Position numbers and translations under genes: made by a program. From Acanthaster planci (taxonomy: Eukaryota), in assembly GCF_001949145.1 (NCBI RefSeq), contig NW_019091360.1:382502-436416 (forward strand): a stretch of DNA of 53,915 nt, written 5' to 3'. Shown here piece after piece: positions 24,201-39,200 of this stretch (the first letter of the stretch is position 1; each line of letters begins with the position of its first letter). The notes beneath the pieces were generated by a model. The model did no database searches, was not told where the DNA came from, and saw only the letters and a program-made list of their open reading frames with translations.

Positions 24201-27200
24201 TTTGCAACTGCATTCAGTTCATATCTAAAGCTCATATTGTTGGAAATCATTTTCACATGAATGTAGTCATGTTCTTGTAAATAATAGCACTTGCATTTAA
24301 TGTATGTATGCAGCTCCAGGAATCCTGACATCAGTTTTGTGGAGAGTGATGGAACCTCATTTTTGAAACAATATGTATTGTGCAAGCTGCTAAAAAATAA
24401 TATTTTATCAAGTACCCATCTTCTTTGTACCAGTTCTGCAGGGCCAAACGAAGGATGACAACCTACATGTACCAACAGCTGAAAAACGTTTCCTACATTC
24501 CGAAGGTGCAGGAGTGTCTGCCACTGACAGGAGACACATGCTTCCCTGCAGATGTATCATCCGTCGTTCTGATCAGTGGAAGACAAACCCACTGTCCAGG
24601 AAGAGAAGACTGCAGCGGCTAGTGCAGTGTGAGACCAAGACAGGTGGTTTGCTCCTGGAGGTGGCGTATCATGAAGGATGAAGCCTTGCTTGTCAACATC
24701 CATGGAGCTGATTTAGTAGCTTTAGAGGCCTGTTATTATAAGCAGTGTTATAATAGGTACACACAATTCCTTCGGGTAAGCAAGAAGTCGTCAAAAGTGT
24801 CTGTAGACAAGAAATCCTATAAGCTGTCTTTCAGTGATTTTTGTAGAAATATTATTGAGGCTCGTATCCTGGAGAAGAAGGATATATTTCGGTTGACGAA
24901 GTTGACGCAACTGTATATTAAAACAGTGCAAAGAGTGGAAGACATTTCTTGTCCAAAATATCGATCCTCCAACTTGAAGCGGCGGTTACAAAATGCGTAT
25001 CCTCAACTGCAGTTCTTCAAGTCAAGCAGGAGTTGTTCTTACTGCGATATTGTCTTCACCCAAGAACTTGCTGTTGAGGATATTGTGGAGGAGAAGAAGC
25101 CTTTGGAACCGGAAAGTGCCAGCAGCTCAAGTGAAGCTTCAGAATCAGAGGAAGAAAGGAGAAGACCACATGTCCCTTTACCACCTCATGATGAAGTTGT
25201 TCCTCACAAAAGTTCTTTTTCATGCGGCGATGAGTCTCTGTAATAGCTTTCAGTCAAGTTCGTCACTGGCTTCATGGCCTCCCTCTGCAGAGGATCTCAA
25301 CTTGGATGTAGCTTGAAAGATTGTTTCAGTTGAATTACATAATTTCCTGGCCTGGGTAACTGGAGCAGCTGAGGAGCCCACAGGTGAACAGGTACAACAA
25401 CCAGCAGATGTTCACAGGAAAATGCTGAGCATAGCACAAGATGTGATGTATCTGTCTTCAAAAGGCCGAAAGCAGATGCCAAAGCAGACTGCTCTTGCTA
25501 TGACGATCCACCACCTCAGTGGCTCAGCACAGCTTATTGAGATTTTGAATGGACTTGGGCACTGCACGCCTCATTCCATGGTACTGCAACATGACTCAGC
25601 ACTTGCCCGGCAGCAAATTGACTGAGGGCCACATCAACTTCCACCTAATGTGCTTCCTGACACCTTTACGACATTGGTTTGGGATAATAACGATTTTGGG
25701 GAGGAAACATTGACCGGGAAATCAATAACACATAACAAATGGTATCGTCATCCAGTGAAATGAGGTCGGAACTGCCGCCATTTCAGCAGAGAGCTCAACT
25801 TCCTCAAGCAAGAAGACAAGACAGAGGTCACTCCTGGCTCCCCTGGTTGATATCACTGAATGTCATGGCAAGAAAAAGAAAGGACCTCAGCCTTTTGGAG
25901 AAGAAATTCCAACACAAGAATCAAAGCATTTGGAAGTAGAGAGAATACAAGGAAAATTGACATGGCTTACATCCTGTCCAAGATCCCAGAAGTTGGAGGC
26001 CCTCTACTGCTAACCTGGACAGGTTTCAACTCCCTACTCCACAGCACTGACATCCCTCCTCAGTCAAACATAGGCTATCAGCTAGTCATCGATGCCAGCC
26101 CAGCAGAATACTCCACAGCATTGTGGAGCATTGTGAAACAGTCTTGTTTCATCGTGTACAGATAGCTGATTGCCTTGGTTTGGATGTGATGCTCATTGTC
26201 TTTGACCAGGCCATATATGCCAAAGCCCAACAGTTTTGTTGGACCAATTCTATCTTTATGCGGAGGCTGGTTATCTGTCTTGGAGAATTCCATACAGCTA
26301 TGGCCTTCTTGGGAAATGTTTCAGGGATGCTGGTCTAGAAGATGTAGCTGTGGAGTCAGAGCTGATAGGTCTGGGGTCTGTCAACTCAAGTATGAGCGGT
26401 CACCACTGCAGTCTAGTGTGTGAATGCACAAGATCATCTTTGAGGCGTTGCACAGATTGTACTGGCAGGCCTATGAAGAGACGCTACCAGAGAAAGAAGT
26501 CAACCAGACTCTGAAGACCATCCAGTCCCTTGCAAATACACATCCATCAGGTGCGTTCATGGAGCAAGTATGTTCAGATGAGTTTGACAACATCCTTGCA
26601 GGGTATGACAGATGGGCGTCAGAGAACCAGTCGAAGCCAACATTCACCATGTGGTGTACTTACATTTATATGGCACAAATCTTGCTGCTTTTCATCTGAG
26701 GTACCCAGGAGGGTAATTGGCAGTTGCATTTATCCGCAGTCTGATCGATGATACTGTGGATGATGGCTTTCGACAGGATAAACTATTCCAGATATTTGCC
26801 AATCTGCTGGATGGAGATGAGCAAACTCTCAACCAAACACAAGTCAGTGTTCGAGCATTTCATAGGAGGAGAATTTTCTGTTCAGTGACAGCAAGAGCAT
26901 GGTTTTGTTCATTGCCTTGTGATCAAACCATAGAGCAAACTGCCAATCGGGACTCAAAGACAAAAGGAGGACTCATTGGGATCACACTCCACAAAAGAGC
27001 TGTACATTGATGGATTCTGTCTTCACACCATAGAGCAAGAATTGCAAGGCAGTGTGAAGATATGCCGGGGAAAGGTGACATATCAAGGCAAAGGAAGGAA
27101 CTAGACAAAACAAAGAAAATCAGAGACGAGAAAGACGTCAGTGCAGTGATTGCCACAGTACAATCAATGATTAACCCATTCACTTCTGAGAGTGAAGCGT

Positions 27201-30200
27201 TGCTCCACATAACATCAGGAGTGGCAGCTGCAGCAGAAATTAAATCTGATTTGCTCTCAGAATACTAAAGGTGAAATGGCAGATAACACATTCCTCAGTG
27301 TAAGATTGCAGAAAGGTGCAGTAGACATCTTCAGTGCCATCAAGCCGTTGAAGTTGAAGACATTTGCTGCTATAGTTCATAAACAAAACAAGCAAGGTGA
27401 AAGGGAAGGAAATTGAACTGAAGAGTGATAGGCACCTTTTCACTAGACTCCTGGTCTTTGGTCAAGTTTGGAAACTGGACCTGGAAGATCTGATGACTTA
27501 CTCTCTTGGTTCCCACCCATTTCCATTGGCCTCCCATGATGGCTCTCTTCCGAAGCATCCAAAAGCCAAACTGATGCATTACATTGAATCATTGGCAGCA
27601 GAACCTTACATCACATCCATACCTCAGGGAACTACATGGATAATAGATGGCATGGCTATGATACAGCAGCTGAGAGTCAGAAGTCTGCCGGCTAATTTTG
27701 GATTGTTAGCTTATCAAATACTACAGAAGCTTGTCAAGTTGGCAGTGGATAGTGGCTCATCCTGCATTCACTTTGTAACAGACCAGTATCCTGATGACAG
27801 TATAAAAAATGCTGAGAGAGGGTTATGGGCACGTCAAGTGGGAAACTGTCAATGACCATTTATGGTCGGCATCAAAAATCCCTGCTCAGTGGAAAAAATT
27901 TCTGGCTCATGGAGAAAACAAGGAAAGGCTCATCGAGTTCCTCTTTGTGACATGGTGTAAGTCCCCAGAGCTGTTCCGTCATGTGCACGTGTACATAACA
28001 CATGGTGAGACTTGTCATGAAATGCACACAAATATGACAGGAGATAAAGTAGATGCTGTTGAAATCACTTCATTGAAATGTAACCATGAAGAAGCTGACA
28101 CACGGTTGTTGCTGCACAGCAAGCATGCTGCTAACAGTACAGAAAATGTCGCCATAGCCAGCCCTGATACCGATGTATTTATTTTGGGGATTGCCCATGG
28201 CCACAGCATTGATGCCAATCTCTTCTTCCATACAGGCCAAACGCAGAAGCGCACTATTGACTTAATGAAGGTGCGCCGGTGCATTGGGCAAAGGGTTTGT
28301 GATTGGTTAATAGGTTTGCACTGTTTTACTGGATGTGATTCAGTTAGTTCATTCCATGGAAAAGGAAAGGTTAAGGCCCTGAAATTGATCATGCAAAGTG
28401 ATCAAAGATGTGATCCATTCATGGACTTGGGCAAAAGAGCAGAAGTGACTCCTTCCTCGGTTGACTCCCTGGAGGAGTTTGTTTGTTGTTTTTATGGTGT
28501 GCCAACATGTAAGAAGGTCAACACTGCTTGCTACAACTCCTTGTGTTTATGCAGCAGAAACGCTGAGTCTGCCATGCCCCCGAACAGAGACTCTGGTCAA
28601 ACACATTGAGCGCGCTAACTATCAGTCTCTCATCCATAAGCGTAGCTTGGAACAGATGCCTAATATTCCATCCCCTAATGGACATGGGTGGAAGATTGAG
28701 GAGGGCCGGTTGGTCATTGACTGGATGGAGCTCCCGGCGGCACCAGATTCTGTCCTCGAGTTAATGCACTGTAGCTGCAAAAAGTCAGGATGTGATGGGG
28801 TTAGGTGTTCTTGTAGGAAAAGTGGCATTCTTTGCACTGATGTGTGCAGATGCACTAACTGTGTAAATCGCAAGCAAGATCCCTCCCAAGATGATGAAGA
28901 TGGTTGTGATGGTGGCTCTGACACTGATTCAGATGACAATTTGAGTGATTTCACCAATAGTGAATAAAGTTAACGTTCTGAGTTTCGAATACTACCGGTG
29001 CAACTCAACTCACTTCAATGAAACTTTATAAATTTCTTTTCTTTACCTTTGCATGCTTATGTCATAGTAGACCTTTTTTAATTTTTGGAGAAGTTGTTTC
29101 ATTTAACCACTTTTGTTAATCTGTTCTTTAGTTGTGCAAGCAACTTGTGGTGGATGCTGCATTCATAGTTGCATTCTAATTTCACCTGTGCCGAAAGTAA
29201 CAGGTCTTTTTCTGACATGTACATGTATTTTAATGACCCACACGCTAAAACGAATGTACAGAGTAGAATGTTTTGACTTAATGGTATAATCAAAGTTTTC
29301 AAGAAACATGTTCTTGGTTTCAAAATAGTGAAACTTTTTGCCTGCTTTTATGACCACTTAGGAATATTTAGCTTAGACGTGATAGAAATTGCAAGTTTAT
29401 CAGAAGTCTAGAAAGCGTCTGTTTCGAAATGTGGATGTTATTGGGGAAAAAATAACAAGGTTGTTTGTAAACCAAGTTCAGGGACAAACTATATTTCCTT
29501 CAGAGATAAGTGCTTGGTCAGTGTTTCTTGGTCATGTCCTGCGGTCATTGCATCATCTTGTAAAATAGAAAATTTAGGTTTGACCCATACTGTTGCAAGA
29601 CGAGACACTTTTACCTGTAAATGTGTACATACATGTTGTTTGTAACCACAAAAGTAAGCCTCAATTCATGGAGCGTTTCTACCATCCAACCGCAAAATTC
29701 ATTATGAAAGAAATGTAAAGTTTTAATTTGCAGTATTTGGCGTGATGTATTTTAATACATTCTTCATTTAAAACAATACACAACAATGGGTAGAAATACT
29801 ACTTAATAACCTTTATCCATTGTTAATCAAAACCTTTCACAAACTGTAACATTTTTCTTCAGCAAAAATACTTTGCAGCCAGCATAGCACAGAATGTGTA
29901 TTTTTGGAAACAAATGAACCAACTGTACTCTGCTGTACTGTACTGTGCTGGTAGTGTTCCTTCAAACGTGAGGTTAGTGGAAGGATAAATTTTTTTTGGA
30001 GAGAGCACATGTTTGATCACTATCATATCCATGCCCATGGGTTAGCTTCAAGAAAATACACTTTGTTGCATGTACATATGTGTTTCTGTCTATGAAGTTC
30101 CTATGAATGAATTTCTGATAGTTTTACAGTGCCAACTACGTAGGAAACAGTAATTGATGTATGCAGTATGTGACATGTGCCACCCATCCAGATAATTTTC

Positions 30201-33200
30201 TAATAATTTCAATTGATAAGGTTGTATAGAAATCAATACATAAATGGATGACATGTGTTGAAGCCATAAGAGCGTATCTTTTAGCTGGATTTAATCCAAT
30301 GACTTGTCCAAATGTTATAAACAGACCCAGACCCGTGGATGAAAGTAGCTGTCACTCAAGTAATATTTAGTTGTTTAACAAATTACAAATACAATGTTAC
30401 TTTACATTTTGTAACTGCTTTAAAGTACCTGTAAACACATTCTGAGAACCATAAATGTCAACCAACTGCTTTCCATTCAAGCGTCTGCTTGAGAAATGAT
30501 GGAATAAAATCAGTGTACTTTAACATGGTTTTACTGTACCTGTATTTGTTCAAAATGACAAATTGGTAGTTTTCATCATAATGCATTGGGACTTTAAGTC
30601 ATTTGAACCATGTAAGAATAGCTTTATTTCATTCATGAGCCAGGTTTACAGTGATCGAAAAAGAGCTGAAACTACATTCATGACAATGAATGATGAACCC
30701 AAGCAAATAAAAGACACTTGCAGTGCAACTTTGAAACATCATGGTGATGTGTACATAATGTACACGTCATAATGTTTAGTGTGAGGCACACGTGGCAATT
30801 GAAGTTGCTGTGACAAGTTTTCTTTCTTTTAAACTTAAGAAATTAAAGTTCAGCCGTCTGATATGATGGGTACAAGTCCGTGTCACAGTTCCTTGGGTTT
30901 GTTACATGCAACTGTGGCATGTTTCTGCATGGTGAAAAAAGTAGGGAGAAAATTTGAATAAGTTGGATTGAATGAGAATAGTCTGTTAATGACACTTCAG
31001 AATCAGAGAACCTATTTGTGCTGTCTTTAATAGACTGCAGGCAGAGCAGCATACTTTGAAAAAACTTCTCCCAAGGGATAACCATGAGAGGGCCAAGGCA
31101 CACCTTCATTCAACAAACTTATTTAGGGCCTAACCCAGCAAAGCTGCACATAATTGCAGCATAACAGAATTTTTTTAAAGAGACACGGACATTCGCGCAA
31201 ATACCTTACAAACACTGTATTCAATATGTCACAGGATGTTGAGTAACAAAGCTTGTACCGTGGGATTTTTTTTAACAACTGAATAAATGCCGATAGAGGT
31301 GCAGCTGCACATGGCAAGTATAGTGGGTACCGGCATCCGCGGCAGATCATCATGCAGGCATGGCATGGCAGGCATATGGCATGTATGGGTTGACGATCGA
31401 GTCCGTTATGCATATCCTCGATGCTGCACTAAAAACCACTAAAAAAAATGCAGGTTATAGAGATTTATCATCGATTCCATGACTAAGGATGTAGTTTTAA
31501 GCCTAGCTTCTACTCCATCAGTGGCATTCCGGTCCTTGGGACCACGGCTACAACTTACAAGATAGCTGCCTGCGCCTAGTAGTCGATACAAACCGTGTGT
31601 GTTTTTCCGCAAGTGATAGTCTACAGTGCACAGCTGAATTCACGTAAACAAGGTAGTCGGTCACGCGAGAACTGTAACTGGTTACCAGACGTTAGTGTAT
31701 GCTCTGGTATTGCGCCAGACTACACAGATTTTTAGGCCCTTTCCGTACGAAATTTACCGTGAAATGGACTGCGTTTACATTTTTTCTCATTAAAGTGCAA
31801 TAGTTGACAATATGAACAACCTGTAAGTCACGTGTTGTATTTATTTCTGTTAGGAAATGCAAACAGAAAGAAGGCGTATGAGGTGTGCCACGAGAGAAGC
31901 CCTTTTGGGCACTTGGCCCATGGTCTATTGTAACATATCATACATATAAAGGCACACATCCAAGTTAAACAGGCAATATGCGTAAAAAAGATTAGTTGAG
32001 GGCAACTAGATAAGCACAAAACAGCCGGGATGTGATCAGAATGAGACAAAGCTTGATATATGAGAAGAGCACACAGGTATGAGAACCTGAAAATGATCAC
32101 TTGCACCCCTCCCTTTCAGAAGCAAAGACAGGACAAAACTAGAAGGCCTATATTATGCAGGTCAGGTAAGTCAAAAGTAAATTTAATTACTGTTCGGAAG
32201 GAAGTCATCCCGCACATAGTATAGGAGAGAACAACTCAAGCAACCAAACAAACCAACATGGGAACAGGAAGCGAGGACAAACAAACAGAAACATTACACA
32301 CACCTGCATACTCCAATTTAAGTGGTAGAAATTAGATAGAATTTAAACATTTGTCCATGGGTTAAGATTTCAGAGAAATGGCAGTAATGGACATGTAATG
32401 GCAGCATCCTGAATGTGTGGCAGCCCAACCTCGGAGCTATTACACTTGATTTTGACATCTTGCTTGACATCATAGCAGCTCAGTTCTGGTGCTTCCGTCA
32501 TGAGCTTCTTGATCTTGTCCAGAGCTGTGTCATGATGTGGGAGCCAGTCAAATGTGACGTCTTTGTCAGTGAGACGTCTGAGTGGCTCGCATACTGTGCT
32601 CAGTTCGGGCAGGAATTTGGCCAGGTATGTCACCATTCAGATGAGTCGCCACACTCCCTGGACGTCTGTGGGGCGAGGCATGTCAAGTATGGTTCTCACC
32701 TTTTCTGGATCAGGTGAAAGTCCATTCGCACTGCACATGTGTCCCATGTAAGTGACCAGACCAGCTTGTACCGCAGCTTGGCTGAGTTGAGCTTCAGATT
32801 CCGCTCCCTACATCTCTGGAGTTGGGCGGTGAATGCTGCGTCATGAGAAGCCTCTGCCTCTGTTTCTCAAGAGCCATATATAAGGATGTCATCTGTGATG
32901 AATGCAATGTTCTCCAGGCCTTCCAGACACTCCTGGAGCCTGCACTGGAACTCTTCCGGTGCCGATGAGATGCCGAAGGGCATCCTCAACCAGCGGTAGT
33001 GCCCGTAAGGTGTCCAGATGACTAGACGGCTCATCGAGGATGACTTGGAGGAAACCATCCTTTGCATCTACCACAGAGAAGATTTTTGCATCCTTCAGTC
33101 TTGGGGCGACTTCCTCTACTGTGGGAATAGGATAGTTGTTGCGCTTGATTGCCTAGTTCAGGCCATATGGGTCCAAGCATACCCTGATTTTGTTTGGCTT

Positions 33201-36200
33201 TCTGACAACTACCATATTGTGGATCATACACCACATTGCATTTTGGGTCGAAATGGGCACCCAGACTGGTCAGGATTTGCTGTGGTGACTTTCTCTGCTC
33301 TTTTGATTTTGATAGACTTCATAGCACTCCTTCCCCATAACAGTCAGGGTGGCTACTTGGACGGAAGCATCTTTTTTGTCGATTTCTGTTGCCACTGAAT
33401 ATTTCTACCAGCTTGCCTTGAAGAACTGCCAGTTGGAGACCTGGTCTCCTTTCATGTCCATTTTGGCCAATGGGGGAATGAGCGAGTGCGCCATGATTCA
33501 TATGTAGAGCGTGTAAAATGCACTGCAATATGTCCGTTACAGGCCTCCGTAGTTCACAGGGTGTCGAGGTCAGAGTGCGCTCGCCGTACACGTGTAAATG
33601 TACATGTGCTCGGTAGTCGGTACAGTCTATCTGGCAATACATGTAGCACTACAGCAAATGATGGTGTAAGCCCGCAAGAAATGCACAGTTTATTGGTCAC
33701 TGTCACAGTCTACCTTGTGTGACAGGATAAGTCTGCACTGCCGATGGATGCTCATTTATCCGTTCTTCGGGATTTCCAGGAGTTTGGCCGGGCTTGTTTG
33801 GTAAGGATGCGGGATTCGGCTAATTTCCGACACCATGTTAGGAAGACGGTGTGAGTCCAGGAATAGCGTTTACTGTGTGTGGTTTATTAATGGATTGTGC
33901 ACAAGTGTTCCAACAGGGATACGGTAGCCGCATAATGCCACTCCATAACAAAGGATTGAAAGAACTAAAGACTTGTACAGGGTTAAAATTGCTTTAGGGG
34001 AGGAACCTCAAGCAACGCTTCTTATAAATCCTAAGAGGCAATTGGCTCTTGACACTATTGAGTCAGTGTGTGCTGCCGAGCTGAGCTTAGCATCTATCTT
34101 GAGACCCAAGTATTGGATCGTATTGGTAGTGTTGAGAGTACTGTTTCCAAGAAAGTACACTGGGAGGTTGAGTTGATGGCTTCCACTTGTAGTTACATGC
34201 ATTGTCTTAGTTTTACCAGTGTTGAAAGTCATATTATTAAAATCACACCAGTTAGCAACCTATTCAAATCAGTCTGAAGGACATGCTGGTTGTCAGGACA
34301 TTGAAAGGCTTGTGAAAGATATCATCAGCAAATAAGGCACAAGTAGAGTAAACTAAGTTGGATATGTCATTGCCCCAGAACACTACCTTGTGGAACACCA
34401 GAAGTAACATCCTCCCAAGGAGAGACAGCACCCTGAAGGAGGACCCGCTGCCTGCAACCAGTCAAAAATGATCGAACCCAATGCTGCAGCTTACCCTGCA
34501 GATTGAACACTGTTGCCAGTTTGCCCAGCAGGATATGGTGCAGTATTGTGTTGAGCACCTTAGACATGTCAAGGAAGACGGGATCAATTCGTGGGAGTCT
34601 ATCCAAGGTGGACAACCAGGAATGCATAATGTTGGCTAGCTGGGTTACACAGCTTCTGTGTTTACAAAACCCTGTTGATTGCAGTTAAGGAGACCCAAAT
34701 GTGGTTAGATGATCTGAAATGGCAGTGGATATAATCCGTTCTAGTACTTTACAATAACACAGATGTGAGAACGACAGGCTTACAGCTGATGAATAAAGAT
34801 TTATCGCCCTTTTTAAAAAAACAGGTGTTACATTGGCACTTTGCCAGATGTCTGGTAATGACCCTGCATTCAGTGAGGCACCGAACAACAGACTAAGGGG
34901 ATGAGAATTTTCTGGACCAATTTCATGAAGGATACTCCATGTAGGTAAAATACCATCGAGTCGAGGGGATTTATTGGACAGAAGCATGCGGAGCAAAGTA
35001 GCAATTTCACTTGCGGAAACATCAATTAGCGATAGACAAGGAATTGGAAGCGAGCAAGGACGGGGGTTATGGGGAACCGGACCAGCAGGTTTACACACAG
35101 AGGAAAAGTAATTACTGAAAGCAGAAGCGGTTGTATAAGGGTGACAAAATTTACGATTGTTGTGAATAAATGATGAATAAATGATGATGGAGGAGGAGAC
35201 TGTTCACAGGTTCTAACAAATGACCAGAACCGACAGTTGTTACCATCCATTTCAAATAACACATTTACATAATGCCAATATGCTTTCCGAATAGATGTTT
35301 TGACCTCATTGCGGACGGATTTGTACGAATTCCAACCAGTTAAGAGGCCAGATCTATGAGCTATGTTGAACAGTTTATGTTTCTTTTTTGATAAGTTTCT
35401 TTACATCTGGGGTGATCCAGGGTGAAAATCAAGATCGGCGTTTGGTAACCCCAGAAATCGAGTCTTTTATTACAGCATCAAACAAGTCCAAAAAATTGTC
35501 GGCTGACTGTTTGATGTTACTGTTAATTAACTGATGCAGATGTTTTAAGTCTTCACGGTGAGTTTGTAAGAATTACCGTAGTACCACTGGATGGGGGATG
35601 TTGTGTGGATTGAAATATCTTGTCTACAAAGTGGTTAATATAACAGGATTTGGAACGCTGGAGACAGACAAGATATGATTGGTGAAAAATAAGTCAATGA
35701 TGGAATCTTGATTGGACTGTTTGGGTTGGATCTTGTTTGTCTCTAAGACCCTCAGTGAAACCACGCAACGATATGTCAAAAGTGAGTGTGAACTCCATGT
35801 AGTCGTGTTTGGCTCTGAGAGATTCCATTCCTACATGTACTTGTAATGAAGTGATACACAAAAAAACCACTAAGGTCAGCGCCACTCCAGCGTCAACGCA
35901 TGTTCATGAGAATGATAACCCTCTGACCTTGAGATTGTATATCACCCAGGAAATGATATGCTGTTGGCTGTTGGTTTGTCTTGCCTAACACAAGACATAC
36001 ATGTGTACATATCAATCTGGATCTGCAAATCCAATTTGTACAGTTCTCTGAAGAACACCTCAGTCAAGTCAGAGAAGAGAGCCCGTACTTGTTGAGCTCA
36101 AAGGAATAATCGTTTGCTGGCTGGCCAGACAGAATTGAGGATCTGCCAAAACCACTCCGCCTGTATTTGTCCTTCTGCGACAAATTGTCAGTAGAGAATG

Positions 36201-39200
36201 GACTCCACAAAGGAGAATGTGTCCTCATTCCTTATGGTATGCTGGGATACATGCTGTCAAAGTTGTGTAAAGAGACACCAAGGCATGGAGAAAACCAACC
36301 TGTAGGTCAGGGAATGTGTTTTGGGGCTCCATATATATGCACACATTGATTACTGAGTGAAACTGCCCAACCTGCCAACCTTTCCAGCACTCTCAGGCAC
36401 TAGAATCTCTTATGTCACACAAAATACCACTAAATTTCCATCAAGCATAATGAAAATATGCTGCAAGTATTTTAGACCTGCATACTTGAAACAGGGGTGA
36501 AATTTGTCAGGATTTTTTTTGACGATTTCAGGATTTTTCAAACAATGTCCTTTAAAATCTGAAAACCTTTGAGTTAAATATTGAGGTGTTTTACTGCAAG
36601 TTGATATACGTGTATAACACAAGAAATAGGTATTTTGAGGGATGTTGTTTTAGGCAAACTTGAATGTAACTGTACCAATGGCCCTACACTGATGTGGGGC
36701 CCACAAACCTCTAACCAGTAATATCTTTCATATAAATCTCTCTGATAGATCATGGCCTACCAGACACAGTTTTGCGGGAGTTGAGTGAATACATCATAGG
36801 GGAATGGAAGAAAATCGGCACATTCTTGAACTTGGAGTATTCCATTATACTTGGAATAGATCAGAACCATTGTAGCTCAGAAGATAAAGCTTACCACATG
36901 CTAATGACATGGCGTTCACGTCTCAGTGAAGGGACCGATGCTGTTACAACACTTGCTGCAGTACTAAAGACTGTTGGGCGAGTGGACTTATCAGAACGAC
37001 TCAAAGGTATTCTGTCATATTTATCATAAAAAATTGTAAAAAAGAATTAGGTAATTAAACTCTACTATCTACTTGACCTTGGAGTCAAACTTACAAGGGA
37101 TTTTAGTCATGCCTTCATCTCATTGTGAAAGTTATGTTTAAAATTCATGTGAACAATATACATGTAACATATTTATTTCAATTTTTATTTGCAATGGGCT
37201 CATTTTCCAGTCGTCTTGTTTATCAAACGTTCAATATGCATGGTAAACCTGACCATTTCTTCTTTTCCAATCACATCCTTCACATATCATTTGTAATTGG
37301 TGTATTAACCTCTAGCATAACATTTATGGAGAAAACTTTAGCAGAATCATAACATCTGTTTACCTTTAACCCCTTCACGGTGGGATTATTTTGACCGCGG
37401 CTGCTGGGCNNNNNNNNNNNNNNNNNNNNNNNNNNNNNNNNNNNNNNNNNNNNNNNNNNNNNNNNNNNNNNNNNNNNNNNNNNNNNNNNNNNNNNNNNNN
37501 NNNNNNNNNNNNNNNNNNNNNNNTGGTGCGATAGTAGCAGTCCTTCGTAGCGAAGGGGTTAACAGGTATTTTGAATATAACTTTCCCTCAAGCAGTTCTC
37601 CCATTTTACCAGATGATAAAATCACCAACATGTTAAACACTTTCTCAGTTTCAAGAACTTGACTCCCACACATATGTCAATCAATGTTTTCCAAATAACA
37701 CACTTATCTACCTAGATTACCAAAACTTTAGAAAATAATTGCAAAAATACCTACTTTTTCAAGCTTAAAAGAACATTTCACAGTTACAAAAACTTAAACA
37801 GTTCAGAAAAAATATCCTGATGAAGTCATGATGACGTAGGCTGATATGTACATTTAACCCCAATTTTCCCTTGTAACATCGCATTCACATTGGGCTTGTA
37901 GTTCTTGAATAGTTGGCCTTCACATTTTCAGCTTTAAGGATCTGTTTGTTGACACTTGATGACGTCATGACATCACTGTTAAGTACTCACCTACATATAC
38001 ATGGTGCTTGGTTGAAATTCATTCAAGATCCAAGATATAACAGTGACAAAAGCCTGAAACAGAAAAAAGACTTCATTTCTTTTCTCTACATGTACATTTC
38101 CAATAATGCACCCCTACGGTGCACTTTACAAACAGCTGCACTTGGTTTGTATAAAATGTAGCAATGAATGTTTTTGCTCCTCATTATTACTTCATACTTC
38201 ATGCTCATTATTACTTCATTACTTTAATGTTTTTGTAAAGTCACTCAGAGATGGGAATATCCCCCTCCCACCTTTTGACCAGCTGAATGGGCTTTTGGTT
38301 CATCTTTCTCTACTTTTTTGCAGAGAAAAAAGGCTAGGATTTTGGCGTATTTTTGAATTTCTTACCAACAAAAATGTTTTCAGTGGTACTGCCCTGTACT
38401 CACACAGCAAGGCTATTTTCAGATATGTTTGGTCAAGAATGATAACTCTTTATCCTTTTTATCTATTTATTAGTACATATGGCTCAGCCACTTCAATCCA
38501 TGAATGTCCAGTTTACACAACAGCCGGAGGTAATAGATTGGCCAGCACATTACACAAGAGATTCACAGCAGCAGCAATCACAGGCTGATGCAACACCTGA
38601 AGCATGTAAGTGACCCACATGTAAATGTACCAGTGTTGGCAATTAACATAAGGAGTTTATAATGTAAATGTAATATGATTTATGAGAAAGTGATGAAACA
38701 CATGTGTGTAGCTTTGAAGTTTTAACATGGAAGTAGCAAAAAGCACAGATGTGTTCTGGATAACTGGCATCGTCATCTCATAATTTTTACATCTTTGTTA
38801 AAGTTGTTCTGAAAATTTATCAGCAGAAATTGCTTTGAACACATCAGTGACAACAAGTACTTAATAATGGTTAATAGACTGTACTAGGGTCCACTGATGC
38901 ATTGATGTTAGTTGATTATTTGATATCACTGTAAAATCAGTAGCGCCAATATCAAATTTGTAACCATGTCGAAATATTGAAAATCTTGATTTTGGGAATG
39001 ATTTTTGAAATCTCAAAAGCAAGTCAGATCATTGACAAAATAAATCTCCAGTTTGAATTAGGACACAGTGCCCACTCTGAAAAACATCGTGAGATCTTAG
39101 CAGCTTTGTTTTAAACGAATTCTCTGAGGAGCTTTCATCCAACCAGTGATTGACAGCCGACTGACTGTCATGTGTTAAAAGGTGAATTTTCCGGATGTAA

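Noticed and set aside
20242..31721. TAGTCTGG...CCAGACTA as termini of a large Academ element
   Set aside because: Only 8 bp match and the flanks show no target duplication.
38106..38588. 160-aa ORF as a gene
   Set aside because: No recognisable motif; the splice-supported exon at 38474-38605 uses a different frame.
38474..38605. RHIM or amyloid motif in the Gln-rich linker (NVQFTQQ)
   Set aside because: It lacks the (I/V)Q(I/V/L)G core glycine and surrounding pattern.
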